DNA from: Amphiscolops sp. MND2022
Taxonomy: Eukaryota
Assembly: GCA_964187785.1 (NCBI GenBank)
Contig: OZ076409.1
Span: 57,104,001 to 57,168,000, forward strand
Direction: 5' to 3'
DNA length: 64,000 nucleotides
Shown here in pieces: positions 24,358-36,789 of this stretch (position 1 is its first letter; the number at the start of each line of letters is the position of its first letter). The notes under the pieces were generated by a model. The model did no database searches. It saw only the letters and a program-made list of their open reading frames with translations, and was not told the DNA's origin. A program made the position numbers and the translations under genes.

Positions 24358-26449
24358 TTTGAAGAAAAGTTTTATCTTGAAGAATTGATTTTTCCAAGAT
24401 AATTTTCAACAAAGTTAGCTGAGATTAGAGTTTAGCGAAATTGAGAATTCAACTGAATTAAACAATTGCAAAAGACTGAGTCCCTGAGTCAATGAAAATC
24501 ATCCTATATATACCCTCCTAGCATCATTTGATCACGATTAAAATCCTAATTTTCCCCGAACAATTAGTCATTTCCTGTATTTTCGATGAAAAAATCATTT
24601 TGTTCCCAATTTTACGTCGATAACTCGTCAATTTTTGAGACACGACAATTTCAATCTAACATTAGTCATCAACCACGATCATATCATTTCAGCTCGGCCT
24701 CCTTTGCTTTCCTCCCAAGCAGGAAGTAGATATTACTTCAGTCTGTCAAACCGGAAATGATTCCCTGTTTTACTGCTTTGGTTCGTAGGAAAATGACGCT
24801 GAGATGACGCTGACGTGAACAACTAATACCTGATTTTGAATTTTTACTTGAAGGAAATGCTATGACTAATGTTTTCAGCTTTGGAATTTCCAATGATGCT
24901 AGGAAAAGTGAAGGCAAAGCTATGGAATTAGCTTCAATTTTTTGAGTTGAATTCCCAATTCAAATAAATAGTAATTAAACCAAATTAACGTAACACCAAC
25001 GTTTACATTAGAAAACTAGAATGATTTGGCAACAGCTCTTGGCTACTACAAAATTGGCTGAAAAAAGGTGGACGGAGCTATGACGTACCAAAATCAAAGG
25101 TATTAATGAGTATGAATTTCATAATTGAATTCATTCGTACTCAAGTTTAAACTCTGACGTCTTAACGTCGTTGGACCGAACTAATAAAGGTGAAACAGTC
25201 AGTTGCCAAAAGTGGTATGAAAATGATCACAACGAGATGTATAAAACGACAACAGGCACAGTTGTATTGGGGGGAAACCACGAACATGAATATTACAAAA
25301 ATATGACCTCATTATTAAAATATAATCTTTGCCGGTTCATAGGCCACAACTTTCAGATACGTCAGATTGACGTCAAGTTATACGCAATCATATTTATGGT
25401 CTGCTTCAAACAGCATAAAATGTACATTAATAGCATTCTCCCTTGGAATAAACTGTGACTTTAATTATGAAGAACATGGAAATCCTAATCGGATCATTTT
25501 ACAATGTGATTCCAAAAGATTAGTATTTTTATTGACGGGAACAGGACGTAAATTATCAAGTTTTATCCTTAACCTCGTAGAGCTCTAAAACATCTTTAAA
25601 CGTTTCCCTTCCGTCAAATCCGACATATTAATATTCATTCTACTGAATTGGATGGATTAAACCGACTATTTTGATGGATTTCGGACGTAACGTGGACGTA
25701 CGTATTAAGATTGGCTATAGACCGCTGGTATTGGACGTAACGCGGACGTAAATTTGAAGTAAGAATTAGTCTGCGCCGAGAAAGCAATACCGTGACGTCA
25801 CTGTGGCGGAAAATTGGAATGATTTTAAGTAGTGTCACTAATATAGGCGGTAAATTGGAATGGTTCTCTAGTGAGCACGGACGGAACGGTGACGTCATAT
25901 TATATACTTTCAAGTCTGCTTTTTACCGACGCCTAATATACATGTATCCTTTATTTTGTTTACCTAGCGCAGTGCCGACGTCCTAATCCGCACTAATTGC
26001 TGTTCAAAGTGCAATTAAGCCGCCTTTCTTAGAAAAGGAGTATATATTTCAGTGTGTCATCTCAATGTACTTTCTATTTTAGATCCAGATAATGTCCTTT
26101 TTCCAGTGGTGATTTTGGGTATATTTTCGTTTAGATCGGTCTATGGTCTTTATTTCAAGACGCATACTTAATTAAGTTTTCAGGTGGCGAATGTTTCCAT
26201 TTTGACGAAATGAAAACGTCCTGCCGGAAGTGTGTGAAATCATTTTGGTTCATTTTAGTTTCTGTTCTCATTTTCATTTAAACTTTGCGCAAGTTAGACG
26301 TATTTTTAGTCACAGTTTATCCTAACATTAGTATGAAAGTTCGAGTCAGTAGCCAAAATACCTTTTCGAAAGTTTCGCTGTACAGCCGTGTCCTCGTCCG
26401 AACCCAATCCGCCTACATCCACAATCCAGTCCGGGAGCGGACTGTGACA
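23964..26449 (-). repeat. 5' LTR of element A (2486 bp)
   Basis: Direct repeat of 9884-12370; followed on the minus strand by the PBS. Confidence 0.96.
24474..24512 (-). promoter_or_regulatory. Putative LTR core promoter (TATA plus initiator)
   Basis: Minus-strand TATATATAG at 24512-24504 and TCAGTC Inr-like motif at 24479-24474, about 120 nt upstream of the gag ATG. Confidence 0.55.
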
Positions 26450-26454
26450 ACATC

Positions 26455-26990
26455 TAAGGCTCGAAAATATTCAAGGAACAACTATTATGATGTTTTTCAA
26501 ATATCACCTAGTGCCGAAAAATACAAAAAAAGGTTTCCCCCGAAACCCGAAAACAGCTTCTTTTCTGAACTAGAAACGTCAGAACAAACTAACTTGTCTT
26601 TGGAAAAATTTTTAAAACAAGTATTTGGTGGAAAAAAGTCGCATATTGCCACAAAACTCAAAGAGAGACCCTTTAGGCTCAAAACACATTTTTTACGAAC
26701 CGAAATTTTCAACAAAATTCGATGGGTACCCTTTGAAAGGATTCAAACTTTTTCCAAAAAATGTCGTATATTGTCGAAAAAACCCAAAGGGCGGTTTCCT
26801 TTGGTATCCCATCTACTTTTGGAAGCATAAGAAAACTTTGCGGTTAGCGCGAGACTCGAACCCACGCTGTCCTGCATCTCAGGCCCTAGAAATTTAGCTG
26901 GCCAAAAAAGTTGAACAAATGAACCAATCGCGTTGAACTGACGAAAAAAAACTAGCCACTGTGAGAGTCATGCATTTTCAACGAAAACGC
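26455..26990 (+). repeat. Dispersed non-coding repeat interrupted by element A; related in inverted orientation to 38280-38680
   Basis: The rejoined empty site ...GTCACATCTAAGGCTCGAAAATATTCAAGGAACAACTATT resembles the reverse complement of ~38613-38680 (…TGCCATATCTAATGGTCAAAAATATTCAAGGAACAACTATT). Confidence 0.65.
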
Positions 26991-29900
26991 GACATGTCCG
27001 TGGAAGCATTAAAGGACGCCGTACGTTACAAATTTAATGACTAACCAGAGACATAAGATGAGATAGAGTTCGCTGCCTCAGCAAAATTAAAACAAAATGG
27101 ACAAAAGCAACAGATTGTAATAGAAAGGGGGCCCAAACAGGTTGCAAGAAAACAAAAGCCCAGCCAAAGGAAAAACGCCAAATGTAGAAAACTAGGTCAC
27201 TTCACAAAACATTGCCCTAGAGGAAAATCAAGAAAGTGTTCATTCAAAACCACAATAAAAATCTGGGAAAAAAGAAAGAGCTAAAAGAAGACGCAAAACT
27301 GAAACAATAACAGGGACAACAAATACGGATCCATTTACAACAGTCACAAAAGAGCGTCGAAAATTAAGTCAAAAAGGTAAAGGAACATGGCATCATAGAA
27401 AAAGCAAATGACATCGACGGCAATTGCCAGTAACAATGGCACTATCTACACACAACTTAAACAGTGAAGAACAAAACGCAATAATGGACGAGATACTTTC
27501 GAGAAAATCCAAAAATTGAAGACGGTACGGTGGACGAGACATGGTTTCCCAAATTTGACCTGTACTACGCATACGGACAAACGTTACTGGCAAGAGAAGC
27601 CTGAAATTTATGCATACTTGTCGTAACCGTTTTAACGGTGGACTTTTATCGGTTACTCCTGTTTCCCAAACGCATTCCATGATTTGGCCGACAAACCATC
27701 AATTTCCCGAGAACAAATCGACCGAACGTTGAAGCAAAAATCATCCAACGTGGTTAGATGACGTAATCGTGGTAACAGAAGGCTCAAAAAACAGCGAAAG
27801 AAAATTACCATTCTTCTGCAAAACAAAAGATTCAAACTGAGTGAAAACAAGTCCGAATTCTACAAAACGGAGATCAATTGGATCGGTCACAGAAGTTATT
27901 AGAGTGGCATCAGACCATTAAATAAAAACTACTGGCAAAGGAAGAGAGAGATGGAACGACCAAACAACGAAATAAAGCTCAAGTCTTTTCTGGTAGCCAT
28001 TGATTACCTTTCCAAGGATATCGATAATCTCTCAGCACAAAAAGACAGTCTGAGACAATTACTAATGAAAACTAGACAAAGTAAATAGACAGAGGGACTT
28101 ACAGCTGGATTTTAAAATTCCGGACAAAATATGACGGAAATACCAGGAACATGGACAAAACAACTCCGCCACAAAACATTGAAGACAGATTAGGACCCTC
28201 AACAGCCCCAATCAGACGCGACTATGAAGTACAGGTCTTCATATAGACTCTGTGACAAACCCGGACCGTCCATGCCAGACGTGCCGGCAGTCAACTGGGC
28301 ACAATATGTTGAAGCAAAGAGCGTCCAATATGTGAAAAAAGGACAAGCCCTAAGAGTAGCTGCACAAAAAGAGAACGACTGGGACAAAGAACGAGCCGTG
28401 AGAGAAACTGATAAAAAAACGTTTCAACAGACTTGCAGCTCATGATGACGGAGACAACAAACGCACTAGGTTTACTGAGGACACTAGTGTTTTGGAACGC
28501 CAGCGACACGATATACTACCAGAGGAGTACCAAGCATACAAAAAGAAACTACCGAAGAGGGTGGGTTCTGTCTTGAGAACCAGAGAATCTTCGAACCACA
28601 AAAATAGGCCAGTTACAGAAAGGACAACCCGCGATGAACAAGATGTCGCTGGCAACAGGCCACTTCTGGTGGCAAAAATGATGGAAGCAATTAGAAAGCA
28701 AGTCAAAATATCCTTTTCCCCGCAAAAGTTCCGATGAGAATAATTCTAATTTACATTAGACACGAAAAAATAATTTACATTACCACGAAAAAAATTCCAC
28801 AGTGAACCGTCCGAACAAAAAAAATAAATGGAGTTCAAAAGACCAATCTCATAGAACCTTCGCTGGTTTTCCATTTTCTTGTTCATTGACAGTTTTGGAC
28901 ATAGCCAGCTGCAAATTTTGTAAAACCACGGACGGGGAAACACGGACGGTAAAGATCTTGAACATTACGTTCAGCTGAACGGCGATCAGAACGGACAATG
29001 CCACAGCGTTCACGTGAAGCACCTTGCGTGATTTTTGCAAACGCATTACAATGAGCTAATATACGGAACACCGTATATACACACTCCTACGCGCCTGGTA
29101 GAACGAAGAATTAGATCCTTGGAAGAAAACCATTTAACAAAAATCGAATGCGGTGACGGTTCTCTAAAGCCTGGTAAATGTCTCTGATAGTAAAAAGGAA
29201 AACGACACCAACTAGGCTAACAATGTCTGCCTTTGAACTTCCTTATAGTCGAAAACCAAACACAGAGGTAAGCAACCAGCAGAAACTTGATATGTTGGAA
29301 AACCTAACAAAACAGTTACATTTCAGCAAAACCCGATACCTTGCAGGTAAGCTCCGTCTTTGGAGCTGGAGGTATGTCTGACCAGCCTCCAAGAAGCCAC
29401 GGAAAAAACAAGAGTTTGTGATACGCTTTTTTTCTTCCTTGAAACAAACACCAGATGTCGAAGCACGAGATCTCATATTGCGAAAATCCACAAATATCAA
29501 AATAGGGCACGGACCACACAATATATACCTCAAACGGCAATATTATCCATAGGAAACTATGAAAAAAAATTGAAGCATTGAAACAGGAGCAACAAAATAG
29601 AGGAGCTGGGCCTCGAGGTCCAGGCAGACGTTTTACAAGATCACCACCTAAATGACTGAGAGGGAATGTGACAATAATACAATCAGAAAGGGAGCCCGGT
29701 AGAGCACCATAAACATCCCCCTCCCTTTGGGGGAGCGCCCAAAGGCACCAGAACTTGCTGACAAAGCCACGGTACAGAAGGGTACGTTTGGCGGGGGAGA
29801 CCGAAGCTGATACGAAACCAAGTGAGCTCAACGTCTCGTCTGAGTTCACCGGGGAACGTACCGATAGAAGGAAGCACTGGTCCGTTGACAATCTTCATCG

Positions 29901-30031
29901 CCCATATGACGGATACGGAGATCGATCGTGCAGTAGACACACACCAGACGTTACAGTCCAGTCAACACGCTGACAACAATACACATGCTGTAAAAGGGTA
30001 ACCCGTCAACCAGACAACGGACCAATGGAGG

Positions 30032-30069
<38 letters not shown>

Positions 30070-30070
30070 G
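26990..30070 (+). pseudogene. Heavily degraded Gypsy-like gag-pol relic
   Basis: Fragments: CRKLGHFTKHC knuckle (~27183), RT-like DDVIVVT (~27757), INWIGH (~27874) and LKSFL (~27978), integrase-like pieces near 28900-29300; many stops and frameshifts. Confidence 0.7.
30033..30069 (+). repeat. (CAA)n microsatellite
   Basis: About 12 tandem AAC/CAA units. Confidence 0.9.
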
Positions 30071-30691
30071 ATAATTAGTCTTAAGAACTACTTAAATAGA
30101 GAAATGGTGAACTGAGTTAGTATACTCTATTAGTATACTATAGTTACAAGCCTGAAAAAGACGACATGTCCAATCGTTGCGAACTTTGTTTTATATAAAT
30201 ATAACGTTCTGAATCTGGTTCAACAAGTTGATTTTCAAATACTTCTGGAAAGTTTTCTTGATTTCATATTTGATATTTTCCCATAATTCCGCTGAATATT
30301 TTATATTAAACAAAATTCAATCCAAATGAACGCTCCTGGTTGGTGTTTAATGAATTGCATACATTATCACAGACTTGCTAAATGCAACTCACCTTCCGGA
30401 TTTCTTGATAAGAATCTTAACAAGATCTTGGCAAGAAATCCAAACAATTTTACACTGGAAAAACAATTGTTTATAGTCGATGACGAAATTCAAAACTCAT
30501 TTTTGACTTCCTTTCTGTGTGTCTTTTTTCATAGGACTGAGTACAAAAGGAGCAATTAGGTACACCATCTGACCGTTGGCATGCCCGAAACCATGATTAT
30601 TGAACGACCGAAACAATAAGTCATCACACTAACACTTGCAGTGATAAACGATTTATACAACTGAAACATTCAGTCAGCAGTTGATTGGAAA

Positions 30692-31092
30692 GGGGACGAT
30701 TCAAATCGTAGAATATTCAAAGCGTTGAAAGCAGTTTACACGCAGTAGATACTGCGCGTCATAGTCACGTGACCAAACTTTCATTCAATGAACCAATTAA
30801 ATTCAGTAAAAATGAATACCGCACAAGCGACGAACGATAGTGTAATCAGCTATGCTCATATACCACTAGTGCCCTAAATGCAGGAGCGAAGCGAAGCGGA
30901 GCGACGTGTCATATGGCCATGCCTCAATGTTGCTACTTGGCGAAGGGAGCGAAGCTACCGAGCCATACAACAAATATGCTAACCTCTTCAATTTATAACC
31001 TGGAAATAATCGCTCCTGTAAAATTCTTTCGACGCTTTGAATAGCTCTGATTTTTTCGACGGTTTGAATATTCTACGATTTGAATAGTCACC
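30692..31092. mobile_element. Mutator-like MITE, copy 1 (401 bp)
   Basis: TIRs GG(G/T)GAC(G/T)ATTCAAATCGTAGAATATTCAAA; 9-bp TSD GATTGGAAA / GATTGCAAA. Confidence 0.85.
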
Positions 31093-31202
31093 GATTGCAA
31101 ACGTAACATGTAATTTATAAAATTCGTTCAACTACAAGACGACCAAACCAGGCAGTCATGAATCATGAAATTAGCGCCACCTGTTCGCGTAATTGCGTAT
31201 TC

Positions 31203-31603
31203 AGGGACGATTCAAATCGTAGAATATTCAAAGCGTCGAAAGCAGTTTACACGCAGTAAATACTGCGCGTCATAGTCACGTGAGCAAACTTTCATTCTAT
31301 GAGCCAATCAAATTCAGTGAAAATGAATACAGCACAAGCGATGAACGATAATGTAATCAGCTATGCTCACATACCCTTAGTGCCCTAAATGCAGGAGCGA
31401 AGCAAAGTGGAGCGACGTGCCATTTGGCCATGCCTCAATGTTGCTACTTGGCGAAGGGAGCGAAGCAACCGAGCCATACAACAAATATGCTAACCTCTTC
31501 AATTTATAACCTGAAAATAATCGCTCCTGTATAATTCTTTCGACGCTTTGAATAGCTCTGATTTTTTCGACGGTTTGAATATTTTACGATTTGAATAGTC
31601 ACC
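31203..31603. mobile_element. Mutator-like MITE, copy 2 (401 bp)
   Basis: Same family and orientation as copy 1; its own 9-bp TSD TGCGTATTC / TGCGTAACC. Confidence 0.82.
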
Positions 31604-34600
31604 TGCGTAACCATACCAACCATGAGCATTCTCGCATCATTTGAATAATACTGTTTCATTGGTTACTGCAGTCACGTGACAGTTCCGTTTCTTGGCCGAA
31701 ATTCATGTAGAAAATTACTGGTGCGATGTTTACTAGAAATTTACTGTCAGTCATTATACTTTTGTGCTCAGAACGACCAGTAACTTTCAACGTCAAACAC
31801 CAGTTCAAATTTTATCCCAAGTGTTTCATACATACATTACTCTTAATTCAATTATTCTCAAATTCAATACTAGATAAAAATGAGTAACTACAATAGTAAC
31901 GATCTGGACAGCCTCTCGGAAGTTTTCACTATTCTTCTCAGCGACAATATAAATATTCCGATACTAAGCAAGAGAACATGAAAGAGTCAGTCAGGATAGA
32001 GCATCAATTTACAGAAATGAATCGGCAAATTTAGCGAACTGACGAATTTGGTCCGGACACCTACTGATAGAGTCACGTCAAATTGCCACGTCAGTGAAGG
32101 AAATGCCCCTGTAAATAGGGAAGCGAACGGTCTTAACGCAGTTAAAGTTGTTGCAGTGAGCTGTTCCGACACCAGGTCACCTGAGAATTAAAATCGCTGG
32201 TGCTAACCCCTTAAACTAATTTCTTTGCGTTGCACTGTGTTTCGTTACGTATGGTTATACAAAGATGCATCTATATCGCATTTTGATGAGCATTGGCATG
32301 TACTGCTTACACGAGGACGATTAAGCATTCGAAGAGTTCCACTGATTCCTAATCCGATATTACCGGACCAAGAATACATTTCTTGGTAGAAAAAAGTTTC
32401 AAATAAAAAAATGCGAAACACTATTTTCTGCTACTTTTTTGGAAACTAATGAACCCAAAAATAAAATTTTTTCAGCACTGTGCGATTTTTCGAAGGTTTT
32501 GGGGAACCCCCGCAAGAGGATATTTAAAAGAGTTTGAGATTTTCCATCCTCAAGCGAATTTGAACTATTCTCGGCTTGTTCCAAGAAGAAACTAAACGAT
32601 GCCAAAACTTCATCCAAAACCTGTCTACAATTCAACCAGAATAATTTAAGACCTTTGGACTTTGTATTCGCCACATACTTTCTCTCTGTGCTTTTTAGAA
32701 TTTTAGAATATCAGCAGTTATTGTGATGAATTTAATGCAATCAATTTATATATTGTGTCATTGGAAAAAGATGTTTTATTGAACTACTCAATTTTATTAC
32801 TGTCTTTGAACCTTTTGTATAACAGCAACTTGAACTGGTCGGATGTTGTCGTTGAAAACTCAAAGAATCAGATCAGAGATCAGTTCCTTTTTTGGGATAA
32901 AAGACATTTTTGTCACTTTTTCTGTGTAACTAATGTCAAAATTTTGACCTAAAATGGCAAAGCCACCTGTTTTCGAGTTTCTATATTGAGTTACTGCTAG
33001 CAGCAAGGTTGATTGAAAGTAGTCAAAAAAGTTGTTAACGCTAGATCTGTGGACTTTCAATCTTTTCGATGCAAATAGATTCAATGGTTGTATTTTATCA
33101 TTGAATTGAAAAACTTTCTTTCCTTTAGGCCCAACTTACTATTCACGCAGAGAGGTTCTTAATTGTCTGTAGCAGATTCAAAAGATCTTTAAAAGAAAAA
33201 AATTCAAAGAAATTGTCTTCAAAGCTGAAGAAGCTTTTCAACACTTTTTCAATCTGAGAAATTTTGTTGAGTGGTTTCTGTAATCTAATTTTCTCAGCTC
33301 TTTGACGATCATTGATGCATTTCGCCTTTTTTCTTTGATGCTTGAAACAAGAGGTAGAAAATTATTACGCGTTGTACTTATCACGTTGTAAGTGCCTGTT
33401 GTAACCTCTCTTCGAATCTCAAAAACATGAATAATTAGATTTTAAAATTAAAATAAGATTATGTAAATTCGGTCAAAATGAGCTTTATGCAAATTCATCT
33501 GAGTTTATCATTTGCTGAACACGAGTACTGAGCAAGAATAAAGTTTGAGTAGAGTATACTCCAGAATCAAATGGAACTTTTATAAATGCACGCGCTTAAC
33601 GCAACATGGAACTTTGTGCGATTTCATACATTGGACTATATGCTTCTATGCGATGAAATCTTACAGTTTGATAACATTGAATCAGTAGAAGCATATGGTT
33701 TCATGTATGGGATTGCATAGAATTCCATCTTGTGTTGAATTTTTGTATCAGATATTTTGTCAACATAAATAATCCATCGAATTACGGCTGTGAAAAAAGT
33801 AACAGTTGGCTCAATGTACAGTATGGCACGTGAAGAAAAGAGACATTTCAAACGGCAAGAGTTGTTGCATGATATCGAGTACACCTGTACCTAATTACCA
33901 CTGCCAAGGTCACATTATGCGAGCTAGCAAAAACAATTTTGTAAACATCTATGTCATTGACCAAATCAGTGGATGCTTTTTCAACCTCACTTTAAAAACT
34001 TAAAAGTTGCTCCGAGAAGCAAAGTTATACTTATAAAAAATATTCCATATGTAGTCGGTGATGGAAAAAACCAGGCGATAAATGCTATTATAATTGACTG
34101 GAAAGAAACGCTCTCAGAACAAAGCAAAAAAATAGCAAAATGGACGGGAGATTTATAAAATTGTTTAAAACAGGAATCAGAATAATCCGAAAAAAGCGAG
34201 AAATTCCTGCTCATTTCTTGACGTTTTAGTGACAATTTTTTTTCAGTTTTTGGACATTTTCGTAAGTTAGAACATCCATTGATCTCAACGTTAATACAAT
34301 GGGCTATGCAGTACGCTTTTTAGAAGTGAAAAATATAGTTTTTTAAAAAGTTCCTCAAAACTACCCAAAAAGCCAGAATTCTATAAATATAACCTGGAGA
34401 AACCTAGTAACATTCGCTTAGAACTCAAATTCTAGATTATGACTTAGCTATATATAGTCTTCAAAAGCAGCTCAATTTTTCCATCAGTTTATAGCTACTT
34501 GGATTAAAAGGCTGGAGAAGCGTGTCTTTAAACACTTTTTAAAACTTCTGACGGAAATGAACTTGATGTGTTGTTTCGCGTTGAACACCCTGTCACCTCC

Positions 34601-36654
34601 GAATATACCAGATAAAGTTTCTTGCTCAGAGTATAATTACTGACCGTCACCGTGAATAAAATTCTCATGAAGTTTAGCTGCAGTCGTTTTCTTAATTTAA
34701 TTATTTCTTCTACAGATAAATGTTTTTCTTCGATAAATTTGTGACTAACCTTCAGGCAATGAATTCAGTCAGTGAAGGCTGCTAGGAGGAACCCAAGGCG
34801 TTGAACATTAAAGTATTTCTTTAAAATGAAATTTTCGAGATCAAAACCTATCGATTTCGAGGAAAAATAATTCCTAACTAACTTTGTAGATGAAACAATG
34901 TTATGGGCACCTCTGCATGTAGTAAATAAAACCCAATTGGAATCAATGATGCATTTAATTTATCGACAAATTAATTCTTCTTTTGAAAGTTCTGCTGCGC
35001 AAATAGAAACAGGAACTTCATTTTCTGCTTTCGTCGCATGGGTTTTATTAATTTTTTCATCAATAAAAAAGGTCATATTTTATCAACGAACTTATCAGCA
35101 AAGTTGTCTGCAACATCCGTGTAAGCTTGAAATACTTAACAGGATTGGCTAGTTTCGCGGCTTTTTAGGTTCGATAGTCATTTGTTTGTAGTTAGAAAAT
35201 GTTGTGAACTAAAATTAAAACGTTCTCTCTGCGTCTTGAGGGAGCTCCAAGAGGAAAGAGGAATTCATTGAAAGAAGCTGTCGATATATCCCCTAGATAC
35301 TCTCATCAAGATATCAAGCGGTCGTTGGTCTCGGAATTAATAAGGCGTTTAATTTGATCCAAACTCGGAACTTCTTCAGTTGGCGTAGCAATTATAACAG
35401 CTTTATAGCGATTCAAAATTTAATGCTTGCCTATCTTTGAACGGTTCTACACAATCAAAAACCACTGTTTGAAGTCAACTGTGTCGGCAACGGACCAGCA
35501 AATTGGAAACAAAAATTTTCCAGAACGCAGCGAATTTTCCACAACAAGAACGCGGTAATTTAGGCCTGGATATCTTCAATTAGCTATTTCTGTAATTTGA
35601 AAGGGGACCTATTTGGGACTTATGGACGCTTCTTGAAGAATGAACATGATTTGAAGGATTCATAATTCATGAAAAGTCAAAAAATTTCAAAATTTTAACA
35701 GAGAAAAACGAAACACAAGTAAGTTCAAATTGAGTTGTAGAGCAGATAGGAGTTTTCAGATTGAGCTGATCAGTTACAAGGTATGATTGAAGTTCTGTTC
35801 TGATTCAAAGAATCAGTATGAATCTTAACTTCCCAAATTAGCTTACTTTTCAAGATCTAGCGCGGCAACATGCTTATATGCGATACAATTTCGCTCTGGT
35901 ATTTTTAAAGTTGAGGCTCCGAGCTTCGTGCGATGCCCATAAGGTGACGTTTTTTTCGCAGATTTCGCGACAATTTTCAAACTTCTGAGGCAAGTTTCTC
36001 GTAACCGAGAATATATATGAATATAATATTTTCGCTGGAAGTTGCACACGAACCTATGCAACATTTTTAGGAAAGAAGTTTTCAAAAAAAATCGACTTCA
36101 TGGTTTTTATGCGATGAAGTTTTGAAAAACGCAATTTTTGACTGTTCCCCATCTCTGATCTTCTATATCTCAGAACCGCGACCGAATACAGAGTCCATGA
36201 TTTTGTACCCCTAAATTGTGCACAGATTTCTAATTCTACATTTTATCCTAAAAATGACGTCAAAGTTTTTTTAATTGTGTTTTTTGGTTTAAAGAAAGGA
36301 ATGAAAACGTTGTTTCAATTTTTTTCCAGTTTATAGCTTAAATTTCTCAGAACTGAAACAGATGCGGAAATAATTTTCTCTTAGAAAATACGGCATAAAA
36401 TACGGCTTTGTTTACTATCAAAGTTTCTGTCATCAATATGACGCCTTCGTGTTTCTGCCAAAAACACTTTCTTTCTCTTTTATAGTTGGAGCTTTTTTAA
36501 GAGCGACTACAGCCATGGCTTTTCGTGAATTTTTTCGATACACCTGATCTGTCCAAAATAGCTCTACCAAAAGTTGTCCAATTTTGGTAATATCCCTTTT
36601 GGGAAGCCACATACTTCATTTGAGCTGTAAAAAGTGCTAAGGAGTCCCCTTAGA

Positions 36655-36748
36655 CAATAACGCAACGCATACCGGATATAACGTAAACCGGATATAACAA
36701 ATACCGGACATAACGTATGCCGGATATAAAGTATACCGCATACAACGT
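36655..36748. repeat. Short minisatellite, ~16-bp unit (TACCGGATATAACG)
   Basis: About 5 degenerate copies of ACCGGATATAAC. Confidence 0.7.
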
Positions 36749-36789
36749 TTCTTGGAGAGTTTTTCAGCGTTACAAAAGTCAGTCAGTCA

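Larger units (their letters stand above)
9884..26449 (-). mobile_element. Element A: full-length 16.6-kb Ty3/Gypsy LTR retrotransposon with cargo genes
   Basis: Two ~2.49-kb direct repeats with TG...CA ends; 5-bp TSD ACATC at 9879-9883 and 26450-26454; PBS; gag-PR-RT-RH-IN order on the minus strand. Confidence 0.97.

Noticed and set aside
26840..26885. tRNA-like B-box (GGTTCGAGTC on the minus strand)
   Set aside because: No cloverleaf or acceptor stem visible; part of a dispersed repeat, at most SINE-like.
33620..34160. Possible decayed host coding exon
   Set aside because: Multiple stops and no family I can recognise; not supportable without a search.
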